Shown here piece by piece: positions 8,869-16,787 of a stretch of 44,589 bases of DNA. The notes beneath the pieces were generated by a model that saw nothing but the letters and a program-made list of their open reading frames with translations, was not told where the DNA came from and made no database searches. The translations under genes and the position numbers were made by a program. Origin of the DNA: Alphaproteobacteria bacterium (GTDB lineage Bacteria; Pseudomonadota; Alphaproteobacteria; JACAEB01); the NCBI GenBank assembly GCA_013389075.1, contig JACAEB010000116.1:1-44589 (forward strand), in the 5' to 3' direction. How positions within the stretch are numbered: position 1 is the first letter of the stretch; each line of letters begins with the position of its first letter.

Positions 8869-10461
8869 ATGACCGACACGCAGAGCCCGACCGCCGCCGA
8901 CCCGACCATCCGGAGCGGCTATACCGTCGACATCCGCTTTCCGTCCTCCTTCGGCGCCTATCAGGCCCCCGCGCACATGGCCTGGGCGACGGCCACGCTC
9001 GACCGGCCCATGAGCCCCGTCGACGGTCCCTTCACCTATTGTGACCTCGGCTGCGGCAACGGGATGACGCTCAACGTCATCGCCACCTCCTATCCGGAGG
9101 CGAGCTTCTACGGCGTCGACATCAATCCGGGCCACATCGCGGAGGGGCGCAGCCTCGCCGAGCGGGGCGGGCTCAGGAACGTGACCTTCGTCGAGGCGAG
9201 CTTCGCCGATCTCCAGACGCAGGACCTGCCGCAATTCGACTACATCACCATCGCCGGCATCTATTCGTGGCTTTCGGGCGACATGCGGGCCGCGATCACG
9301 CGCTTCCTCGAGAGCCACCTCAAGCCGGGCGGCTATGTCTACATCCATTTCGCCGCGCTGCCGGGGTCGATGAACAGCGATGCTCTGTACACGTTCATTC
9401 AGGCCGTGGCCGAGCGGGTCCAGGGCGGCAGCGTTCCGCGCTTCACCAAGGGTGTGGAAGTGGCGCAGTCGCTGGCCGGCGTCGGCGCGCTCTTCTTCCG
9501 CGCCAATACGGTCGCGCAGCGCCATCTCGAGCATATCGTGTCGGTCGACAAGCAGGGCATGGCGCACGAGGTGCTGAACTCGCGCATCCACAGCCTCTAT
9601 CACTTCGAGGTCCGGCGCGAACTCGCCAAGGCGGGGCTCGACTTCGTCGGGCACGCGAACCACGAGCGGAACTATCCCGAGCTCTCCATGGCGCGCGAGC
9701 TGACGCCGCCCCTCGAGGCGATCGCCGCCGAGTTCGGTCGCGACTCCGCGCTCTACGAGACCGCGAGCGATTTCGTGCTGCAGAGTTCCGTCCGCTTCGA
9801 GATCTACCGCAAGGCGGGGGGCGAGGAGAGGGCCGGCTTCGAGGCCGCCGAGGGCCTCTTTCTCCACCGGTTCACCGATGGCGACGAGGGCATCCAGCGC
9901 CAGAAGATGACGGCCCGCACCGGCATCGACTTCCTGACCCCGCCGATCGGCACGGTGCTGAAGATCGTCGGCCGGCGGTCCATCGCCATTCGCGACGTCT
10001 TCGGGCATCCCGCGCTCGAGAAGTTCGACCGGGCGGCGATCCGCAAGGCGATCGAGAAGATCGTGGCGACCAACCTCGCCAATGTGCTGCTCCGCCCGGC
10101 GCCCGAAACCGTCTACGAGCCGGGCCTGAGCTACCGGTTCATCAGCCCGCTGAACGCCATCGCGCTCGAGGAGCACGTCCTCTCGCCCGATCCCATCCCC
10201 TTCGCGTCGCCGGTGATCGGCACGCGGCTCCTTCTGCCGCGCATCGACCGGGTGCGGCTCCTTGCCATACTGGGCGGCAATCTGGGGCCGGTCTGGAAGA
10301 AGTTCCTCGACGAGAAGACGAAGGTCACGGGGCCCAAGGGCGAGCCGGTGACGAGCTTCGAGGACTTCCGCGACACTATTCAGGCGAGCCTGCCCGATTT
10401 CGCGAAACAGGCGATCCCCGAGCTGCTGAGGCTCGGCATTCTCGAGCCCGTCGAGAGCTGA
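8869..10461 (+). CDS. Class I SAM-dependent methyltransferase with a large C-terminal (methyltransferase regulatory-type) domain
   Basis: SAM motif I YCDLGCGNGMTLNV and motif II-like FDYITIAGIYSW are present. About 330 further residues have no catalytic motif I recognise. ATG 8869 (MTDTQSP) is preferred over TTG 8797. Confidence 0.7.
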   Translation: MTDTQSPTAADPTIRSGYTVDIRFPSSFGAYQAPAHMAWATATLDRPMSPVDGPFTYCDLGCGNGMTLNVIATSYPEASFYGVDINPGHIAEGRSLAERGGLRNVTFVEASFADLQTQDLPQFDYITIAGIYSWLSGDMRAAITRFLESHLKPGGYVYIHFAALPGSMNSDALYTFIQAVAERVQGGSVPRFTKGVEVAQSLAGVGALFFRANTVAQRHLEHIVSVDKQGMAHEVLNSRIHSLYHFEVRRELAKAGLDFVGHANHERNYPELSMARELTPPLEAIAAEFGRDSALYETASDFVLQSSVRFEIYRKAGGEERAGFEAAEGLFLHRFTDGDEGIQRQKMTARTGIDFLTPPIGTVLKIVGRRSIAIRDVFGHPALEKFDRAAIRKAIEKIVATNLANVLLRPAPETVYEPGLSYRFISPLNAIALEEHVLSPDPIPFASPVIGTRLLLPRIDRVRLLAILGGNLGPVWKKFLDEKTKVTGPKGEPVTSFEDFRDTIQASLPDFAKQAIPELLRLGILEPVES

Positions 10462-10501
10462 CGGCCAGGACGGGCCGGCGCCTCGTCCGGTCCGTCCGTC
10501 A

Positions 10502-10518
10502 CCGCGGGGCGCCCGCGG
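10502..10518. terminator. GC hairpin between convergent genes (possible bidirectional terminator)
   Basis: CCGCGGG-GCG-CCCGCGG forms a 7-bp stem with a 3-nt loop, midway between the stops at 10461 (+) and 10535 (-). There is no U-tract on either side. Confidence 0.2.
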
Positions 10519-10534
10519 CGCGCGCGGCCGTCCC

Positions 10535-12733
10535 TCAGAAGGCCGCCCGCAGGGTCAGGAGGACGACGGGTCCGGATTCCTCGACCTCGGTCTCGTACTC
10601 GTCCACGGCTCCGCTGTCGAAATAGGTGAACTCCTCGAGCTTCTCCGCATCGAGAAGGTTCGTGCCCGACAGGCGGAGGACGAAGCTGTCCCCGAAGCGC
10701 TTCTCGACGAAGGCGTCGAGATTGCCGTCATAGGAGGTGATGGCGATCTCGTCCGGAACATGCTCCTCGCTCTCGCCGCGCTCGGAATAGGTGGCGCCGA
10801 AGGCGACGCCAAGGCTCGGGACGTTGTGGATGAAGCCGACATTGAAGATGTAGTTCGGCTGGTTCTGGAACTGCCGGTCGCGGCCCGTGTCCGGGTCCGT
10901 GATCTCGGAGTCGAGCCAGGTGAGGTTGCCGAAGAGGCCGGTGTTCGGCAGGCCGATGAAGCCGAGCGGGGCCGAAAGGTCGAACTCGACCCCGTAGGTC
11001 TCGCCATTGCCGACATTTTCGGCCGTGTACAGAGTGCCGGGGGCGAGATCGGCGATGCCGACGAGCTCGATCACGTCCTCGATGTCCCGGTAGAAGACGT
11101 TGATCCCGACGATGCCGTTGCCGACGATGCGCCGCTCGTAGCCGACATCGAGGCCCCAGGCCTTCTCGGCTCCCAGACCGGGATTGCCTTCGAATTCGTC
11201 GTCATCGCGCGGGCCGTCGATGGTGACCGGGTTGAGGAGGTCGAATTCGGGCAGGCGGATCGTCCGCGCGATCGAGGCGCGGAACTGGTCGACACGGGTC
11301 GGCGTGTACCGGACGTGCAGCGAGGGCGCGAACTCCCAGTCATTGCTGCTGCCCTCGCCGAGATCGCCGTCGATGTCGGCCTCGAGCTCCCGGTCGAGAT
11401 ATTCGCCCCGCAGGCCGGCCTCGGCATCGAGCGTCGGAGTGAGCTGCCACTTCGCCACGACGAAGGGGGCGGTCCGCCATTCGACGATGTCGAACGTCGC
11501 GTATTCCGAGTCGCTGTCGTCGAGCGCGCCGCCGACATATTCCCGTTCGAACGCCTGCAGCTCGAAGTCGCGGTCCTTGCGGAGGATGTCGACGCCGACC
11601 TTGATCTCGCCGGTGGCCCAGGGCTTGAAGCTGTAGTCGATCCCGCCGGACAGTTCCTGATCGGTGTTGTCGAGGATCTCCGTCGCGAGGGTGAGCTCGT
11701 CATCGCCGGGGCCCGGGCCCTCGAACGCCAGCTCGCGCTCGGATTCGGCGATGTCGTCGACGAAGGTCGCATAGCCGAGCGACAGGCCGAGCGTGCCGCC
11801 GCCGAGAGGGAAGCTGCCTTCCCCGTCGAGCCCGCCCGAATGCTGGTCGATGTCCTCGAGCTGATCGGCCGTCTCGACGAGCGTGCCGCTGTCGAAGGCG
11901 AGGGCCGCCTCGCGCTCCTCGCGGTCGGTGAAGACGTAGAAGCCGGTCAGCCGGCCGGTGCCGGCGCCGAGCGGGAACTCCATCTCGCCATTGGCGGCGT
12001 AGTCATCGCCCTCGCGCGTGTCGTCCTCGAAGATGCGCTCGCCGGTGAAGGTGTTGGTGTCGTCGAAGAGCTCGGTCACCTTCTGCTTGGGATTGCGACG
12101 CTCCTGGACGTCGAGCGAGCCCCACCAGGTGATATCGCCGGCGCGGCCGCCATAGCCGACGGCGGCCGAGCCGCGGACTTCCTCGTCGTCGTAATAGGCG
12201 CCACCCAGGCGGGCATAGCCGCCCTCGAGGGCCGCGCCGTCCTTGAGGATGATGTTCAGTACACCGCCGATGCCCTCGCTGGTCATGTCGGCGCCCGGCG
12301 AGCGGATGATCTCGATGCGCTCCACGAGTTCGGCCGGGATGCGGTCGACGAAGAAGGTCCGCTGACCGTCATCGGCGCCCGAGCCCGGAATGCGGCGGCC
12401 ATTGATGAGGATCTGCGTGTAGGACGAGGCGAGGCCGCGCAGCTGCGGCGCGTCGTACTCGCCGATGTCGCTCGTGAAGGCGACGCCGGGAACGCGCTTC
12501 AGCATCTCGCCCACGGAGATGGGCTCGAAGCGCTGGAAGAACTCGATGTCGTAGCTGAGGACCGGGTTCGTGGTTTCCGTCCGGTTGCGGAAGTCGATGT
12601 CCGGATTGACCACGATCTCCTGGATCGGCTGCGGGTCCGCGCTCGCGGCGGACGGAAGGGCGATGCCCGCGCCGATGACGCCGCAAACGCCATAGACAAG
12701 ACCCGCCGCGCCGGTCAGAAGCCGTCCCTTCAT
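10535..12733 (-). CDS. TonB-dependent outer-membrane receptor
   Basis: The track ORF runs to 13519, but the upstream part overlaps the phytase gene. The start was taken at ATG 12733 (MKGRLL; 12745 and 12748 are also possible). Features: signal peptide ...ALPSAASA, TonB-box-like QEIVVNP, plug motifs (RVPGVAF, NGRRIPG, IEIIRSP), a long beta-barrel, and the canonical terminal Phe (LTLRAAF). Confidence 0.9.
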   Translation of the reverse strand: MKGRLLTGAAGLVYGVCGVIGAGIALPSAASADPQPIQEIVVNPDIDFRNRTETTNPVLSYDIEFFQRFEPISVGEMLKRVPGVAFTSDIGEYDAPQLRGLASSYTQILINGRRIPGSGADDGQRTFFVDRIPAELVERIEIIRSPGADMTSEGIGGVLNIILKDGAALEGGYARLGGAYYDDEEVRGSAAVGYGGRAGDITWWGSLDVQERRNPKQKVTELFDDTNTFTGERIFEDDTREGDDYAANGEMEFPLGAGTGRLTGFYVFTDREEREAALAFDSGTLVETADQLEDIDQHSGGLDGEGSFPLGGGTLGLSLGYATFVDDIAESERELAFEGPGPGDDELTLATEILDNTDQELSGGIDYSFKPWATGEIKVGVDILRKDRDFELQAFEREYVGGALDDSDSEYATFDIVEWRTAPFVVAKWQLTPTLDAEAGLRGEYLDRELEADIDGDLGEGSSNDWEFAPSLHVRYTPTRVDQFRASIARTIRLPEFDLLNPVTIDGPRDDDEFEGNPGLGAEKAWGLDVGYERRIVGNGIVGINVFYRDIEDVIELVGIADLAPGTLYTAENVGNGETYGVEFDLSAPLGFIGLPNTGLFGNLTWLDSEITDPDTGRDRQFQNQPNYIFNVGFIHNVPSLGVAFGATYSERGESEEHVPDEIAITSYDGNLDAFVEKRFGDSFVLRLSGTNLLDAEKLEEFTYFDSGAVDEYETEVEESGPVVLLTLRAAF

Positions 12734-12897
12734 CCGTCCACCCATCATGTCCCACCCGATTGTCGCAAGCTCTCGATCCGGCGGCGCATGGCGCAGCCGG
12801 TCGCAGCATCCCAGTGTCAAGGCGGAAAGATCAGATCCCCGCCACCCCGCGCCGGACCATGATCGAAAACGGTGACTAGCCCGTGACAGCCGGCGCC

Positions 12898-13983
12898 TTA
12901 CGGAGCGCCGGGCTCGAGGATGTCGAGGATCTCGCCCAGCGGCGCGAACTTGAAGTTCTGGGTCTCGGCCGGCCCCGTGTTCTCGTCGTCCTGGGCGATG
13001 AAGATGCCGTCCGGAAAGGCGGGCCCGAGCGGCCCCGCATGGACGTCGATGCCGTCCGTATGCGTGACGCCGTCGGTGCCGTGATCGGCCGAGCCGCCGA
13101 TGGCGAAGACGCCGGCATAGGCGTTCTCGCCGGTCCGCCGATAGGCGCGATAGGTGGACTCCCCCTGCGCCGAGACCAGCACATAGCCGCTCTCGGGGCC
13201 GGTCGCGAGGATCGTCACGCCTTCCGCATCGGCGGGGATGCGCCCCCTGGGCGCGACGGCGTCGACGAGCTCGGGCGGGGCCGGATCGGCGGGATCGGCC
13301 GGCAGCCGCCAAAGCCCGACCGTTTCCTCCGCCACATAGAGGCGCCCGAGCGCGTCGTCGAAGGCGCAGCCCTCCGTGATCGAACCGAGGGTGAGCTCGC
13401 GGGCGAGCGTGCCGGCGACGGTGCCGTCCGCCCGCGTCTCGAGGCGCCAGTGGCGCAGCTCGCCGATCTTGCTCGTGGCGAGGACCTGCGTCCCGCCGGC
13501 CGGGTCGCGATACAGGCACACGCCATAGACTTCCTCAAACCCGGTCTCGATCCGTCCCACCGGGTCGGGGCGGAGCAGCCGCTCGCCCGCGTCGAAGCGG
13601 AACAGGGTGACGGTATTGTCCGTGCGGTTGGAGGCGGCGACGAGGGGGGCGGGCGCATCGGGGAAGGCGAAGTCCTCGCGCAGGTCGACATTGTTGAGCC
13701 GGCCCGCCGGCAGGAACTGCCGCACCTCGCCCGAGAGATCGTAGAGATAGAGCCCGCCCTTCTTCTGTGTGCCGAGGATGAGCGAGCGGGCGGGGTCGGC
13801 GCGGTCGACCCAGATGGCCGGGTCGTCGGCGGCATCGCCCTCCTGGGGGAAGGGCTCCGTCTCGACGGTCGCCCGGACGAGCGGCACGTCGGCCGGCGGC
13901 CCCAGGGCGGCGGGCTCACAGCCGGCGACCATCAGGCCAAGGAGGATGGCGGCCGCGGGGCCGGCGGGAGATGACGGGTGCAT
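12898..13983 (-). CDS. Beta-propeller phytase (3-phytase, BPP family), lipoprotein
   Basis: ATG 13983 is preceded by AAAGGA. The signal peptide has a lipobox (LLGLMVAGC). BPP hallmarks are present: ADDPAIWVD, GTQKKGGLYLYDL, NNVDLR, EGCAFDD, and repeated propeller blades. Confidence 0.85.
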   Translation of the reverse strand: MHPSSPAGPAAAILLGLMVAGCEPAALGPPADVPLVRATVETEPFPQEGDAADDPAIWVDRADPARSLILGTQKKGGLYLYDLSGEVRQFLPAGRLNNVDLREDFAFPDAPAPLVAASNRTDNTVTLFRFDAGERLLRPDPVGRIETGFEEVYGVCLYRDPAGGTQVLATSKIGELRHWRLETRADGTVAGTLARELTLGSITEGCAFDDALGRLYVAEETVGLWRLPADPADPAPPELVDAVAPRGRIPADAEGVTILATGPESGYVLVSAQGESTYRAYRRTGENAYAGVFAIGGSADHGTDGVTHTDGIDVHAGPLGPAFPDGIFIAQDDENTGPAETQNFKFAPLGEILDILEPGAP

Positions 13984-14139
13984 GGGCTGTCCTTTCGGTC
14001 CGGATGCCGCCACCCCCGTGACGACGGTCGGCAGGCTTTAGACGAGGTTCGTGTCGGCCGGATGACCGCGCGGGGCAGGCCCGTCACGGGCGCCTTGCGC
14101 GCGCCGTCAGGGGGGGGAGGACGACGCCAGGGCGGGCGC

Positions 14140-15174
14140 TCAGCGCCCCGCGTCCCCGGCTTCCTTGGCGCGCGCGCCGGTGAGGATGTGGGTCATCGCG
14201 TAATTGCCTTCATGGCAGGCATATTCGTAGACCGGCCCCTCGGTCCTGTGGAAGCTCAGTTCGGCCGTCCAGTCGCGCGTATAGAAGACGGGGTCCTTCA
14301 CCGTGAAGGCATAGACGATCTCGTCCTCGGCCGTGCGGGTGAAGCGCTCGATCACCACCGCGTCCGGCGAGAGCGGGAAGGAGCCCTGCGGCCCCTGGAG
14401 CGGGTGGATCTGCCGCGTCTCCATCACCAGCGTGTCGCCCTCCCACCGCGCGATGGTGTCGCCGAGCCAGGGACGGATGGCGGGCGGCAGGTGCTCCCCG
14501 CCGATGCGGGCGATGCGGGCGTCGTGATTCATCTCGACGAGGATCACGAAATGATCCGCCGTCTGAACGAACTGGTAAGTGTTGTTGTAGAGTACCGAGA
14601 GCATGCCGGGGCCGCCCGTATTGCCGAAGCCGATGAGGCAGCGCTCGGCGAGGCTCATGGCCTCGGGACCCTCATTGCCGCCCTCGCCCGTCACATAGCG
14701 CAGGAAGCTCTTCTGGCGCCGGGCGAGGATCCCGCCCCGGTCGCGATAGGGCAGGCGGCCATCGGGCGGGTCGATGATGTAGGAGGTGCGGTACTCCCCG
14801 TTCACGCGGGCGAGGGTCTGGCCCGGATCGACCCAAAAGCTGTCATAGCCCTGAACGCCGAAATCCCGGCTGCCCTTGGGCGGAGCCCCCTCATTGGGGT
14901 CCACGAAGTCGCTGTCGTCGCGCTGCTCGGCAGAGACGCCCGCGATGGACATGGCGGAGACGATCGCGGCGGCTTCCTCCGCGCTGACCACGAGCTTGCC
15001 GATCCCCTGCGGCCGCTCGAGATTGGTCAGCGAGATGTTGGTCCAGATGCCCTGGAAGTCGGGCCGGCCGTCCGGCGTCCGCGGCGGGTCATAGGCGCGG
15101 GCGGGGGCGGCGGGGAGGCTGAGGAGGGCGAGGGCCGCGGCACAGAGGGCGAGTAGGGGCAGGCGGGGTGACAT
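14140..15174 (-). CDS. Secreted protein of unknown function
   Basis: 344 aa with a clear Sec signal peptide (MSPRLPLLALCAAALALLSLPAAPARA). Conserved-looking blocks include TPDGRPDFQGIWTN, ERCLIGFGNTGGPGM, YNNTYQFVQTADHFVILVEMNHDARI and YACHEGNYAM. I recognise no catalytic motif. Confidence 0.6.
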   Translation of the reverse strand: MSPRLPLLALCAAALALLSLPAAPARAYDPPRTPDGRPDFQGIWTNISLTNLERPQGIGKLVVSAEEAAAIVSAMSIAGVSAEQRDDSDFVDPNEGAPPKGSRDFGVQGYDSFWVDPGQTLARVNGEYRTSYIIDPPDGRLPYRDRGGILARRQKSFLRYVTGEGGNEGPEAMSLAERCLIGFGNTGGPGMLSVLYNNTYQFVQTADHFVILVEMNHDARIARIGGEHLPPAIRPWLGDTIARWEGDTLVMETRQIHPLQGPQGSFPLSPDAVVIERFTRTAEDEIVYAFTVKDPVFYTRDWTAELSFHRTEGPVYEYACHEGNYAMTHILTGARAKEAGDAGR

Positions 15175-15255
15175 GGCGCAGGTCCTCCTCAGGCGGTCTT
15201 TTCTCTCGAACGGCCCGCGCCGCCAAGGCCCGTCGCGCCCGGCGCGCGCCGCCGC

Positions 15256-15894
15256 TCAATCGAGGCGCTTGAGCTCGCTGTAGTCGCCCCGGACGCGCAG
15301 GGTAATGGGGACGGGTGCCGCGTCGCGGTTGCGCCAGTACCAGCCGTGATTGCCGGTGAAGGCGGCCTCGATCACGCCCGCATCGCCGCTGACGCCGCGG
15401 CCCTTGCGGTAGCTCATCTCCTGATCGCCCTCGCCGTCGGCATGGAGGTCATAGTTGACCCGGCCACCCTCGGCCGTCCAGGCGAAGTCCGCGCGGGCGC
15501 CCTTCTCCATCACGAGCTTGATCTCGGTGCCCTTGGAGGGCTCGAGCGTGAAGACGACCTCGTCGGTCCAGCTCTCGCCTTGCGGCGATCCGGGCGTGTT
15601 CGCGCGGGCCGTGCCGAGGACGAACTCGCCGAGGAGCGTGGCGAAAGCGCCGGGCCGCGTGTCGGCGGCGCGGCCGTGGTCCTCCTCGGCTTCGCGCGCG
15701 AGCTGCTGCTTGATCTCGCCCATCTCGGCGAGGCCCAGAAGGCGGCCGATGCGCGTGGGGTCGTAGCCATATTCGGCCGGCAGGATGATCGTGACGAGAA
15801 GGATCAGCGCGGCGACGAGCGCGAGCAGTGTCGAGCGGATGAGCTGGGCCGAGCTCGGCAGGTCTTCGCGGTTCGGCTTGTCGGCATTGTACAT
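15256..15894 (-). CDS. Single-pass membrane-anchored periplasmic protein, unknown function
   Basis: 212 aa with the N-terminal anchor LIRSTLLALVAALILLVTIILP followed by a beta-rich, His-containing C-terminal domain (NYDLHADGEGDQ..., GNHGWYWRN). It starts 16 nt downstream of the HupE/UreJ-like gene. Confidence 0.6.
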   Translation of the reverse strand: MYNADKPNREDLPSSAQLIRSTLLALVAALILLVTIILPAEYGYDPTRIGRLLGLAEMGEIKQQLAREAEEDHGRAADTRPGAFATLLGEFVLGTARANTPGSPQGESWTDEVVFTLEPSKGTEIKLVMEKGARADFAWTAEGGRVNYDLHADGEGDQEMSYRKGRGVSGDAGVIEAAFTGNHGWYWRNRDAAPVPITLRVRGDYSELKRLD

Positions 15895-15910
15895 GGTGGG
15901 TTGCCTTTCC

Positions 15911-16525
15911 TTACAGGGACCGGATGAAGCCGGCGATGTGGAAGCCCATCAGGGTGAAGCCGGCACTCATGATGACGACATTCGCCGTGTAGGCGTGGCG
16001 CAGGAAACCCTCGCTGAGCCGCCACCAGCCCATGGCGATGAGAATGGCCGAAAGGGCCAGCAATTGTCCAAGCTCGACGCCCACATTGAAGGCGAGGAGG
16101 TTCCAGACGAGCCCCTCCCGCGCAATGTCGTAGTCGATGATCTTCGAGGCGAGGCCAAGGCCGTGGAAGAGCCCGAAGATCAGCGTCGCGAGGCGCGTGT
16201 CCGGCTGCACGCCGAACCAGCGCTGATAGGCGCCGAGATTGTCCAGCGCCTTGTAGACGATGGACAGGCCGATGATGGCGTCGATGACGTAGCTGTTGAT
16301 CCCGAAGCCGAGGAGCACGCCGAGCAGCATCGTCGTCGAATGCCCGATGGCGAAGAGGCTCACATAGAGGGCGATGTCCTTCATCCGGTAGAGGAAGAAG
16401 ATCACGCTCAGCAGGAAGAGGATGTGGTCGTAGCCCGTCACCATGTGCTTGGCGCCGAGATAGAGGAAGGGGCCGAGATGGACGCCGTAGATCTCCTGGA
16501 TGTAGCCCTTGTCACCCTGCGCCAC
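15911..16525 (-). CDS. HupE/UreJ-family membrane protein (putative Ni/Co-type metal transporter)
   Basis: Polytopic membrane protein with GAKHMVTGYDHILFLLSV, AIGHSTTM and FGLFHGLGLAS motifs typical of HupE/UreJ-like proteins. The track start is GTG 16525. The same frame stays open upstream and encodes a signal-peptide-like stretch with no canonical start codon (see findings). Confidence 0.75.
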   Translation of the reverse strand: MAQGDKGYIQEIYGVHLGPFLYLGAKHMVTGYDHILFLLSVIFFLYRMKDIALYVSLFAIGHSTTMLLGVLLGFGINSYVIDAIIGLSIVYKALDNLGAYQRWFGVQPDTRLATLIFGLFHGLGLASKIIDYDIAREGLVWNLLAFNVGVELGQLLALSAILIAMGWWRLSEGFLRHAYTANVVIMSAGFTLMGFHIAGFIRSL

Positions 16526-16661
16526 GGCATGGGCGAGGGCGTCCCCGACCGGCAGGCCGAGGACCGCCAGCGCCAGCAGGGCCGACAGACGACAGGTTCC
16601 ACGGATGTTCGTTGTCCCCGCTCCCGGTCCGGCGAGGCCGCGCGGACCCGCCTGTGCGAAC

Positions 16662-16736
16662 TGGTGCCGGGTGAGGGATTTGAACCCCCGGCCTTCGGTT
16701 TACAAAACCGCTGCACTACCGCTGTGCTAACCCGGC
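16662..16736 (-). tRNA. tRNA-Thr (anticodon UGU)
   Basis: The reverse complement reads GCCGGGT-TA-GCAC-AGCGGTA-GTGC-A-GCGGT-TTTGTAA-ACCGA-AGGCC-GGGGG-TTCAAAT-CCCTC-ACCCGGC-A-CCA. This folds as a cloverleaf with a 7-bp acceptor stem, a T-loop TTCAAAT and an encoded CCA. There is one G-A mismatch at the top of the anticodon stem. Confidence 0.9.
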
Positions 16737-16787
16737 GCCGGTCTTCGTCCTAGCGGATTTCGCGGCGCATGCAAGCCGGCTCGCCCC

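Noticed and set aside
12734-13519. N-terminal extension of about 260 aa on the TonB-dependent receptor ORF (track ORF 10535..13519)
   Set aside because: The extension is Arg/Gly-rich and overlaps the phytase coding region in another frame. A proper signal peptide and TonB box follow the internal Met at 12733.
10535-16736. tRNA-Thr-associated genomic island (either the phytase/HupE cluster or the EPS locus)
   Set aside because: I saw no integrase, recombinase or transposase gene, no direct repeat of the tRNA 3' end, and no visible drop in GC content or change in codon style relative to flanking housekeeping genes.
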